Below the pieces are notes generated by a model. It worked only from the letters and a program-made list of their open reading frames with translations, was not told the DNA's origin and searched no databases. A stretch of 64,000 bases of DNA. It comes from Alphaproteobacteria bacterium (lineage in GTDB: Bacteria > Pseudomonadota > Alphaproteobacteria > Rs-D84). The position numbers and the translations under genes are program-made. The DNA is taken from positions 4,686 through 68,685 of the forward strand of contig JAGCYJ010000003.1 in the NCBI GenBank assembly GCA_017960855.1, read 5' to 3'. Positions 9,437-17,982 of this stretch are shown one piece after another. The first letter of the stretch is position 1. Every line of letters begins with the position of its first letter.

Positions 9437-9465
9437 ATTCTATCATAAAAAAGTGGCTTTTTCAA
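9437..9465 (-). promoter_or_regulatory. Sigma70-like promoter for the VirB2-like gene
   Basis: Minus strand reads TTGAAA, 17-nt spacer, TAGAAT. Confidence 0.4.
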
Positions 9466-9466
9466 A

Positions 9467-9497
9467 TAAAAAGGCACCAAAAATGGTGCCTTTTTTC
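9467..9497 (-). terminator. Terminator after the lipoprotein gene 9514..9855
   Basis: AGGCACC-AAAAAT-GGTGCCT with flanking A/T runs. Confidence 0.6.
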
Positions 9498-9513
9498 ATA
9501 TCCATTTTTCAAC

Positions 9514-9855
9514 TTACATTGCCGGAACAATGACATAATGTTGTGATTTTACACACGCATTACAACCACAGGAAGATGCCGGTTGTGCCGCACGTGTCAA
9601 AACAGCACGATTTGGACGTGGTGCAACGCCACCATTGTCGCGTGCAAACAGATCTGCACAAGACGTGTTACGATACACAACACGTTTATCTGTATTCAAA
9701 CGATGGATGTCGTTTGTATAGTGATGACCATATTCATCATGGTAAAAGATGCAATCATCGCCATCTTGAACATAGCGAACATCGCCACGATAGTAATCAT
9801 ATGCACAACCCGCCAACGCAGCCAGCGCAATCATTGAAACCAATACTTTCTTCAT
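9514..9855 (-). CDS. Cys-rich lipoprotein, unknown function
   Basis: Lipobox ALAGC. 113 aa with 6 further Cys (SSCGCNAC). No recognised domain. Confidence 0.5.
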   Translation of the reverse strand: MKKVLVSMIALAALAGCAYDYYRGDVRYVQDGDDCIFYHDEYGHHYTNDIHRLNTDKRVVYRNTSCADLFARDNGGVAPRPNRAVLTRAAQPASSCGCNACVKSQHYVIVPAM

Positions 9856-9974
9856 AACAAAGCCCCTTGTTAAAAGTCGGTTCTCTCTGCGCGCCCCCGA
9901 TTCGTCAAACTAATTGTTGCACAAATAACCACATTGTCAAGCATCACAAAAAATCCCCCATACAAGTTAAAATA

Positions 9975-9983
9975 TGCTATAAT
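9975..9983 (+). promoter_or_regulatory. Extended -10 promoter element for fba
   Basis: TGCTATAAT lies 22 nt upstream of the fba ATG. No good -35 element. Confidence 0.4.
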
Positions 9984-10004
9984 CTCTCCATAAGGGGAAA
10001 AATC

Positions 10005-10949
10005 ATGAAATATTCTGATTTTGGTCTGGTAAATACAGAAAAAATGTTTGCCAACGCAATTGCGGGACATTATGCCGTACCGGCATTCAATTTTTACAAT
10101 ATGGAGACACTGACCGCGATTTTGGCAGCGGCACGAAAAACACACAGTCCTGTTATTCTGGCTGCATCAGAATCCGCCCTAAAATATATGGGTGATGATA
10201 TGTTGTTGGGTCTGATTGCTGGCGCATGCATTGCCCCAAACGAGCAGATTGCATTGCACTTGGATCATGGACATTCACTGGACACCTGTATCCACGCGAT
10301 TGAATTGGGTTTTTCATCGGTTATGATTGATGCATCAAAACTGCCCTTCAAAGAAAATATAAAGTTATCACACGAAGTTGCAAAGTATGCCCACCGCCAC
10401 AATGTGTCAGTAGAGGCAGAACTGGGTACCCTGGCCGGAATTGAAGACGAAAACACAAAATCAGAAAAATCATCTTATACACGTCCCGCTGACGTTATCG
10501 AATTTGTAAAACGTACTGGCGTTGATTCACTGGCAATCGCCATCGGAACCAGTCACGGCGCATACAAACGGAAATCCGATGATGAATCTTTGTGCTTTGA
10601 CATATTAAATCAAATTGCAAAACAACTGCCTGATTTCCCACTGGTTTTACACGGGGCATCCAACGTCCCCCCCGCATATGTTGATACAATAAACCACAAC
10701 GGTGGAAAATTACGTGGCGCACGCGGAATTGACACAACACAACTAAAACGCGCGGCAAAAACAAACATTTGCAAAATCAATGTGGACAGTGATTTAAGAT
10801 TGGCATTTACCGCCGGTGTTCGCGAAACATTGAAACAAAATCCGGCCGAATTTAATCCACGCGAATACTTATCGCCCGCGATTGCAAATATGACCGCCGT
10901 ATGCATTGACGAAATTACGCATATAATGGGATCAAAAAATAAAATCTGA
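10005..10949 (+). CDS. fba: Fructose-bisphosphate aldolase, class II
   Basis: YAVPAFNFYNMETL, LHLDHG, EAELG and GTSHGAYK motifs. ATG at 10005 follows AAGGGGA. The track ORF is N-terminally over-extended. Confidence 0.9.
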   Translation: MKYSDFGLVNTEKMFANAIAGHYAVPAFNFYNMETLTAILAAARKTHSPVILAASESALKYMGDDMLLGLIAGACIAPNEQIALHLDHGHSLDTCIHAIELGFSSVMIDASKLPFKENIKLSHEVAKYAHRHNVSVEAELGTLAGIEDENTKSEKSSYTRPADVIEFVKRTGVDSLAIAIGTSHGAYKRKSDDESLCFDILNQIAKQLPDFPLVLHGASNVPPAYVDTINHNGGKLRGARGIDTTQLKRAAKTNICKINVDSDLRLAFTAGVRETLKQNPAEFNPREYLSPAIANMTAVCIDEITHIMGSKNKI

Positions 10950-10950
10950 T

Positions 10951-11622
10951 ATGCCAAGCAAAATTGTATCTGACTTATTTGGTATGCGCGATGAAAAATT
11001 TGCAAAGTTCAATGCAAGTTTGATGCCGACCGCCACCCAACAAAAAGTTATCGGTGTCCGTACCCCTGATTTACGTAAATACGCAAAAACAATTTCTAAC
11101 CCCGAAAAATTTCTAAACGAATTGCCACATAAATATTTTGAAGAAAACCAGATTCACGCATTTATACTTTCCGACATTCGCGACTTTGAAAAATGCGTCA
11201 AAATGGTTGATACGTTTTTGCCGTATATAGACAATTGGGCTACATGCGACCAGTTGATACCAAAAACTTTTGCAAAAAATTTAGACAAACTTTTACCACA
11301 TATACATAAATGGATAAAATCAAAACATACATATTCGGTTCGTTTTGCGATTGGATTGCTAATGCGATTTTATTTGGGCGATAATTTTGATTTCAAATAC
11401 GCCAACATGGTTATTTCTGTGACAAGCAACGAATATTACATAAATATGATGCGCGCTTGGTATTTCGCAACGGCACTTGCAAAAAATTGGGATGAAGTAA
11501 TCGGTATCATTGAAAATAAAAAACTGGATACTTGGACACACAATAAAACGATTCAGAAAGCAAATGAATCGTTTCGTATTACACCGATCCAAAAGCGATT
11601 TTTGGCAGCATTAAAAATATAA
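10951..11622 (+). CDS. DNA alkylation repair protein (AlkD-like HEAT-repeat family)
   Basis: VIGVRTPDLRKYAK and IDNWATCDQL motifs typical of the DNA_alkylation family. Starts 1 nt after the fba stop. Confidence 0.7.
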   Translation: MPSKIVSDLFGMRDEKFAKFNASLMPTATQQKVIGVRTPDLRKYAKTISNPEKFLNELPHKYFEENQIHAFILSDIRDFEKCVKMVDTFLPYIDNWATCDQLIPKTFAKNLDKLLPHIHKWIKSKHTYSVRFAIGLLMRFYLGDNFDFKYANMVISVTSNEYYINMMRAWYFATALAKNWDEVIGIIENKKLDTWTHNKTIQKANESFRITPIQKRFLAALKI

Positions 11623-11652
11623 AAAAAAAGCCGGCAAATGCCGGCATTTTTT
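11621..11652. terminator. Bidirectional terminator (alkylation-repair gene / efp)
   Basis: A9, GCCGGCA..TGCCGGC, T-run. Confidence 0.65.
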
Positions 11653-11669
11653 ATTACAATTTTCATAAT

Positions 11670-12239
11670 TTATTTTGCGCGTTCTACATATTCAAGAGTT
11701 TCAGTATTCACAACAATCTTTTCATCTTGTTCAATGAACAATGGAACCTGGACACGAACACCGTTATCCAAAATCGCCGGCTTACCACCAGATGACGAAA
11801 CGGTCTGGCCCTTTAACGCTGGTTCTGTTTCAACGACGGTTGCAATAACTGTCTTTGGCAATGAAATAGAAACCGGGTGCCCTTCAACAAAGTTCGCTTT
11901 AACTGTCATTTCAGGTGCCAAGAATTTCATCTGTTCACCCAAAGAATCAACCGGCATAGTGAATTGTTCATAGTCCGACAGATTCATAAAGAACGCATCT
12001 GTGCCATCCGAATACAGATATTGGCAGTCAAAATCTTCAACCATCAATTTTTCAACCTTGTCTTCGGCGCGCCAACGATCGCCACCCTTGTTTCCAGAAT
12101 CAATGTCGCGCAAATCTGCCTGGACAAACGCGCCACCCTTGCCTGGTTTAACCTTGGTAATAGATGTGACCGAATAACGTTTTCCGTTGTGGGAAATAAC
12201 CCAACCAACACGCATATCGTTTGCAATGTATGATGCCAT
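11670..12239 (-). CDS. efp: Elongation factor P
   Basis: 189 aa. KVKPGKGGAFVQ loop carrying the modified Lys, and the three-domain length. Confidence 0.95.
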   Translation of the reverse strand: MASYIANDMRVGWVISHNGKRYSVTSITKVKPGKGGAFVQADLRDIDSGNKGGDRWRAEDKVEKLMVEDFDCQYLYSDGTDAFFMNLSDYEQFTMPVDSLGEQMKFLAPEMTVKANFVEGHPVSISLPKTVIATVVETEPALKGQTVSSSGGKPAILDNGVRVQVPLFIEQDEKIVVNTETLEYVERAK

Positions 12240-12310
12240 TGTAATACCTCTTTGCTAAAAATAACGCGACAATTATAAAATCTTGGGTTATAAAATCAAC
12301 ACTTTTTTAA

Positions 12311-12336
12311 TAAAAAGCCCCACATTTCGCGGGGCA
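12311..12336 (-). terminator. Terminator after dnaN
   Basis: Minus strand reads GCCCCGC-GAAAT-GTGGGGC followed by TTTTTA. Confidence 0.6.
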
Positions 12337-12356
12337 ATTTCATCATCATACGCCGA

Positions 12357-13475
12357 TTACATACGCATTGGCATCAACACAAACAACGAATCGGTTTTCT
12401 TTTCTGTTGATTTAATGATTGTTGGCGATAATGGATCCTGCATTTCCATTTGGAATTTTTCACCTTCAACCTGGCCAGCAACATCCAACAAGAACTTTAC
12501 ATTAAATACAATTGTGAATGAATTGTCACCGTTGTATTCAACATCTAATTCCTGGGTCGCGGTTCCGGCATCTGGGCTAGATGCGTTGATAACCAACTTG
12601 TTCATAGAATATGTCAATTGAACAGATTTTGTTTTATCAACCGACGCAACAGAAACCAAGTCCACTGCGTTTACAAATTGCTTTCTGTCCAAAATTGCAA
12701 TCTTGTCATTACCCTTTGGAATAACAACGCGATAGTTTGGATATTGTGCATCAACCAATTTGCTGGTAAGTGTGGCTGGTCCAACAACAAAACGTGCCTT
12801 GGTATCGGACAATTCAACCATAACATCATCAACCGTTGCATCTTCTAACAACTTGGACAATTCGCCAATCACGCGACGTGGCAAAATAACCGACGGCATT
12901 TCAACACTGCCCGCTGGTGCAGCCATTGCACACAATGCCATACGCTGGGCATCGGTTGCAACCGCGGTAAGCATCTTTGATTTACCCTCTTCTGATATAT
13001 GGAAGAATATACCGCCCAAATGATAACGCACATCATCAGTTGGTATTGCGAATTTCGTTTGGTTGATAAGATGCGCCAAGTCGCCCGTTGTCATTTGGAA
13101 CTTAGTAGTCAAATTACTGCCCGCCATAGCCGGGAAATTTTCCGCCGGCAATGTTGGCAAACGAAACACCGCACGACCAGACGACACAACCAATTGATCG
13201 CCCGATTGTTTGAAACTTATTTCAGCATCATCTGGCAATTTACGGACAATATCGTACAGCATCTGGACCGGCACTGTTGTTTTACCACCCAGTGTGATAT
13301 CAGCGGCCACATGCTCAACCAATTCCAAATCAACATTGGTCGCAGACAACACCAAATCATCTGCCACTTCTATTTTGACATTCATCAAAATTGGCAGAGT
13401 CGCGCGTTTTTCCACGATAGATTGCATATGCCCCAGCGCACGAATTAAAACCTGACGAAATACCGAAAATTCCAT
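12357..13475 (-). CDS. dnaN: DNA polymerase III beta sliding clamp
   Basis: 372 aa. N-terminus MEFSVFRQVLIRALGHMQSIVEKRATLPIL and C-terminus FVLMPMRM are typical of DnaN. Confidence 0.95.
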   Translation of the reverse strand: MEFSVFRQVLIRALGHMQSIVEKRATLPILMNVKIEVADDLVLSATNVDLELVEHVAADITLGGKTTVPVQMLYDIVRKLPDDAEISFKQSGDQLVVSSGRAVFRLPTLPAENFPAMAGSNLTTKFQMTTGDLAHLINQTKFAIPTDDVRYHLGGIFFHISEEGKSKMLTAVATDAQRMALCAMAAPAGSVEMPSVILPRRVIGELSKLLEDATVDDVMVELSDTKARFVVGPATLTSKLVDAQYPNYRVVIPKGNDKIAILDRKQFVNAVDLVSVASVDKTKSVQLTYSMNKLVINASSPDAGTATQELDVEYNGDNSFTIVFNVKFLLDVAGQVEGEKFQMEMQDPLSPTIIKSTEKKTDSLFVLMPMRM

Positions 13476-13599
13476 TTTATATGCTCCTAATTATTTTCGT
13501 CTACATTCCTCTTGGGAATTACTTTACCAAAAAATGCCGATTCGGTGCAAGAACGATTTTGTTGACGAAATATTATATTTGTAATATTGCGATATTCGC

Positions 13600-14358
13600 T
13601 TATTTATCTAAAACTTTCATCAGTTTAGCGCGCAATTTTTGAATATCATCGTACTTGGTGAACTTACCGCGTTCTGCGATTGATATGTCCCCAGATTCTT
13701 CGGAAACAACTAATATCGTTGCGCCAGAAACTTCAGATAATCCAAGTGCCGCGCGGTGACGTGTCCCATATTTCCAATTCAAGTTATTTTGCGACAGCGG
13801 CAATATCGCCCCAGCATACGCAATACGATTACGCGAAATTATAACTGCCCCATCATGCAACGGGGTCTTGTTAAAAAATATAGTCAGCAACAATTCGCTT
13901 GTAATTTTTGCATCAATATCTACGCCCTTCTTTTCAATCGCACTTTCGTCCAATGAACGCGGAAAGACAATCAGCGCCCCTGTATGCTTTTGCGACATAT
14001 ATTCAACTGCAGACACAATCGCATCCAATGATTTGTTGTTTGGTTGTTGCGTTCGACCTTTGCTTAACACATGACGCCACTGCTCTACATTACCCATCAA
14101 CGCGAAAAACTTTCGCAATTCTGGTTGGAAAATAACAATCAAACTGATTGATAAAAACAGTGCTGTCCAATGAAAGAACCGCCCCAACAAGTCCAAATGC
14201 GCCCACGACATTGTGAAACCCAACCCCCACAAGAACGCCAGCCCAAACAAACCACGAACTAATTTTTCAGACGAAGTATTTTTAATAAATGTCTTATAGA
14301 AAAACCATATAAGCACAATAATAAGCAGTATCTGAATCAGATTTATCCAACTAAACAT
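13600..14358 (-). CDS. cdaA: Diadenylate cyclase CdaA (c-di-AMP synthase, DisA_N/DAC domain)
   Basis: Three N-terminal TM helices plus DAC motifs LHDGAVII and GTRHRAALGLSE. Confidence 0.85.
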   Translation of the reverse strand: MFSWINLIQILLIIVLIWFFYKTFIKNTSSEKLVRGLFGLAFLWGLGFTMSWAHLDLLGRFFHWTALFLSISLIVIFQPELRKFFALMGNVEQWRHVLSKGRTQQPNNKSLDAIVSAVEYMSQKHTGALIVFPRSLDESAIEKKGVDIDAKITSELLLTIFFNKTPLHDGAVIISRNRIAYAGAILPLSQNNLNWKYGTRHRAALGLSEVSGATILVVSEESGDISIAERGKFTKYDDIQKLRAKLMKVLDK

Positions 14359-14364
14359 ATCTTC

Positions 14365-16461
14365 TTACTCCACAACTTTATTCTCGTTAAACACACCATT
14401 TAGCAATTCTGACATTGGTATATCCATCCATTCTGGATCATCGCGACGCGGTGGCGCACCATGTTTCATTGCCGTCTTACACGGTTCATCATCCGCCAAC
14501 CAGTTTTCCAACAAGTCACCTGCAACCAAACCAAGACCCGCACCCGCAACCAAACTTATACCACCAGTAAAAGGTGCCAGCAACAGACCGATACCAGTTG
14601 CCGATGCAACCTTGCCAGCAACTGACAAACCACTTATCTGAACATCTGGTTCTGCAAGGTTACCTGTTATCTCTACTGAATTTACAACGTTCCCAGTAAG
14701 CGATATCTTAAGTCCGCGTACAGGCACCGTCGTCAACGCTAATTCTATTTTTTCCTTACCCAAATCCAAACTGCCAGCAAGACGTGCGTTTATCGCATTC
14801 GTTTCAACCGCCACCCCATTTCGTGTTTCCGCCAACCCTTTTCTTAATTTTGTATTTAGTGCCACGCATGATATTTTTATTTGATCGTGCTTTTTATCAG
14901 ACGTGAATAAATCTTGGATATTTTGTCGCAAAGTGGTCAGCATATCTTTACCATACATATATGTGACCAAATCAGAATGTGCATAACCTGTATCAGTTGA
15001 TTTTATTTGAACCGGCCCGGTTATTGTTTTCATTATTTCGGACAAATTACGCCCATGCGCCATGGCATATATTTGTATATTGACCGGCAAGTCCGAAATA
15101 AAATCATTAACTTTTATCTCTTCCATCAACTTGCCGACATATATTTTCTTTGCGTTTATAGCAACCTGACCATTTATCATTCCATCGGTGGACACATCAA
15201 AATCAGAAGCCAATTTGAAATTACCATCTGCGATTCCAGTTGATAAATCAATACGACCATTTTTATCAACAACATTAAACTGCAAATCCAGATTCTTTAA
15301 TACCAAGTTGCGATAAACAACCAACGAATTTAATTTGATACGCAATGTCAAATTCATTTGGCTCATTTCTTTACCGTACAATGGAATATCTTTGAACACA
15401 TTTAAATCGCGCTTTGGATGCACCCAATTTCCGCCATATAAATTAGGGAACAATTTTGTTAAAGACACATCGCCTGAACTTATGTTGGCATTTATAATTG
15501 GAATAGATTTTGCCCAATTATATTCACCAGACACATCGACATTGATACCATGCACCGCGATTGACGATTTACGCAATGTGATTTTTTTATTTCCCACACC
15601 ACCCGACGCATTTACAACCATTGGTGGCAAATCAATCCAATCACGTCCAATGGCGGAACCAAATTCTGCAAAATCTGGGACATCGCCTTTTACCACAAAA
15701 TCAATTGGCATCTTGCTGGTACCTTCCAATGCGACATTAGCAATAAGCGGTGTTCCCCCAGTTGTGAACGCAACACTTACCGGATAAACTTTGCGTTCAG
15801 AATTGTATTCAGAAAAAGACACCACGAACGGAAATACTTTTGTGCCCTTTTTAACCCAGCCCGAATATTCTCGTTTACCATGGTGAAAGAAATACCGCAT
15901 ACTGAAATTCTCAATAGAATATTTTTCACCCATCAGATTGGCTTTCAAATTATAAATTTCCACGCCACCTAAACTGATTTCAGGAAAAGGATATTTTGCT
16001 GGTGTTTTTGATTCCTTGGCTTCTTCCTCGCTCTCGGTCGCTTCTTCATCGACTATTTGTGCCAACGAATAATCGCCATTTGAATTTTCTTCCAATGCAA
16101 TTTTTGCGTCATGCACCTTTACATTTTGAATCGTTGGACGATTATGCAACAATGATATAAGATTTAATGTCACATCAACTTTCTTGGCATCAAAACCATA
16201 TTTCTCTTTTGCCCAAGATGCATTTGGCACACGAACATCCGCCAATTCAATTTTCGGACGCAGTGAAAACTTCCATGACACAGCACCATCTATTTCAACC
16301 GGCAATCCGGTTGCGTCACGCATAACATTTAAAATACTGCCACGCAGTGTTTCCAAACTTACATTATTTAACGCGACAAATATTGCCACCGCCATTCCAC
16401 CAATGAACAGCCCGATCAGTCGTAACACTATTAAAAATGTTCTTTTCTTTCTTCGTGCCAT
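14365..16461 (-). CDS. AsmA-family outer-membrane biogenesis / lipid-transport protein
   Basis: 698 aa. Single N-terminal TM anchor, AsmA-like N-terminus (ATGLPVEIDGAVSWKFSLRPKIELADVRV) and a long beta-rich body. Confidence 0.7.
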   Translation of the reverse strand: MARRKKRTFLIVLRLIGLFIGGMAVAIFVALNNVSLETLRGSILNVMRDATGLPVEIDGAVSWKFSLRPKIELADVRVPNASWAKEKYGFDAKKVDVTLNLISLLHNRPTIQNVKVHDAKIALEENSNGDYSLAQIVDEEATESEEEAKESKTPAKYPFPEISLGGVEIYNLKANLMGEKYSIENFSMRYFFHHGKREYSGWVKKGTKVFPFVVSFSEYNSERKVYPVSVAFTTGGTPLIANVALEGTSKMPIDFVVKGDVPDFAEFGSAIGRDWIDLPPMVVNASGGVGNKKITLRKSSIAVHGINVDVSGEYNWAKSIPIINANISSGDVSLTKLFPNLYGGNWVHPKRDLNVFKDIPLYGKEMSQMNLTLRIKLNSLVVYRNLVLKNLDLQFNVVDKNGRIDLSTGIADGNFKLASDFDVSTDGMINGQVAINAKKIYVGKLMEEIKVNDFISDLPVNIQIYAMAHGRNLSEIMKTITGPVQIKSTDTGYAHSDLVTYMYGKDMLTTLRQNIQDLFTSDKKHDQIKISCVALNTKLRKGLAETRNGVAVETNAINARLAGSLDLGKEKIELALTTVPVRGLKISLTGNVVNSVEITGNLAEPDVQISGLSVAGKVASATGIGLLLAPFTGGISLVAGAGLGLVAGDLLENWLADDEPCKTAMKHGAPPRRDDPEWMDIPMSELLNGVFNENKVVE

Positions 16462-16472
16462 TTAATCACAAC

Positions 16473-17447
16473 CTATTGCGGTAATTTTAATTCCAGCAAC
16501 TTTATCACTGGTTGCATAAAATCTGGTACCTTTGCGTAAAAGGTCACAATCTTATTAGTCGCCGGATGACGAAACGTCAAACTGTATGCCAACAAATGTA
16601 AATTGTTCGTAGCCAACATTGCGTTTATCGCGCCATCCATTTTGCGTCCACGACCATAAATGTCATCACCCACAATTGGCGCGTTCAGTGATAACGCACT
16701 GTGTATACGCAACTGATGTGTGCGCCCTGTCTTTGGCTTAAACAGAACCCACGACACACAACCCGACGCAACCCCCAGAACTTCGTATTCCGTAATTGCG
16801 CGCTGTGGCCGCTGACCCGTACCATTGTTCAGGCGTGTTGGTGAGTCAAAAACTTGACCCTTGATCATATAGTTATCAATCACGCCATGCGATTGTTTCA
16901 CTTCGCCGTTTAATAACGCCAAATATTCTTTATGTGCGACCTTGGACTGAAATTGTGTAGATAAAGATTGCGCGGCGCGTTGACTTTTTGCGACGACCAA
17001 CACACCACTGGTTTCCCTGTCCAAACGATGAACCAACGACACCTTGGCATACGGGAATAACGCCGCCGCCATTTTGTCAATGGATTTACGAATACCTGTT
17101 CCGCCTTGAACCGCCAAACCCGCTGGTTTATCAAACACAACAATATCATCATCACTGTGAATAATACATTTACGCAATTGTTCCAAATCTGTCAGCGAGA
17201 ACTTAATCCCACTTTCAGTTTTTTTTACATTTTCGGATGCATACCCCAGAATTGTTGGCGGAACACGAATTGCATCACCGGCACGCAGAACCTCGGTCCC
17301 GCGAACACGCGACGAATTGACACGAATTTGTCCACCGCGACACAACTTATGAAATTCGGCATTTGGTAAAGACGGAAAGTGCCGTCCGAACCACCGCAAA
17401 AGCCGTGTGCCATCTTCAACTTGCGAAACTGTTTTTACTTCCGCCAT
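16473..17447 (-). CDS. RluA-family 23S rRNA pseudouridine synthase (RluC/RluD-like) with S4 domain
   Basis: HRLDRETSGVLVVAKS catalytic-Asp motif and an N-terminal S4-like RVNSSRV region. ATG at 17447 preferred over the TTG at 17465. Confidence 0.85.
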   Translation of the reverse strand: MAEVKTVSQVEDGTRLLRWFGRHFPSLPNAEFHKLCRGGQIRVNSSRVRGTEVLRAGDAIRVPPTILGYASENVKKTESGIKFSLTDLEQLRKCIIHSDDDIVVFDKPAGLAVQGGTGIRKSIDKMAAALFPYAKVSLVHRLDRETSGVLVVAKSQRAAQSLSTQFQSKVAHKEYLALLNGEVKQSHGVIDNYMIKGQVFDSPTRLNNGTGQRPQRAITEYEVLGVASGCVSWVLFKPKTGRTHQLRIHSALSLNAPIVGDDIYGRGRKMDGAINAMLATNNLHLLAYSLTFRHPATNKIVTFYAKVPDFMQPVIKLLELKLPQ

Positions 17448-17470
17448 GGCGGTCCCCGTAAACAACTAAA

Positions 17471-17935
17471 CTAGTCGCCAAAAACAATCTGAACAGAATT
17501 ATTTCCACCTGTGTTTTTGCAATTACCAACTGCACCACTTTCGGTGTGATTTGATGTAATATAACCAACCGAATCGGTCCACGCTTTGGTTGCCAAGTAT
17601 TCACAATCTGTCTGCGACAGACCATCAATTCCAACAATAAACTGACGCGGATTTGATGGATTTACCGATATTGTGTATGACCCACCATATGAATTCTTGT
17701 TGGACATGCCAATTGCACCAAATATTGTCGTATTATCAATATTTGAAAAGTCGTCATATTCGCCCAACAACTGACGTACACCAAGTACAATCTGGGCTAC
17801 ATCATCGTTTGTTGTATTGTGTTTTTGTGTACGCATAGCCGTTGAAATCATCGCGATTGCGCCAACGGTTATGACACCCATAATTGCTAATACGCCCAAC
17901 ATTTCAATCATTGAACGTCCAGATTCTTGTTTCAT
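17471..17935 (-). CDS. Type IV pilin-like / pseudopilin protein
   Basis: Class III signal: MKQESG then RSMIEMLGVLAIMGVITVG with Glu at +5. C-terminal Cys pair (TDCEY...GNCKN) as in a pilin D-region. ATG at 17935 follows GGGGG. Confidence 0.7.
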   Translation of the reverse strand: MKQESGRSMIEMLGVLAIMGVITVGAIAMISTAMRTQKHNTTNDDVAQIVLGVRQLLGEYDDFSNIDNTTIFGAIGMSNKNSYGGSYTISVNPSNPRQFIVGIDGLSQTDCEYLATKAWTDSVGYITSNHTESGAVGNCKNTGGNNSVQIVFGD

Positions 17936-17982
17936 ATTTACCCCCATTTGATTTTTCTTTATATTATTCTATCATAAAGATT

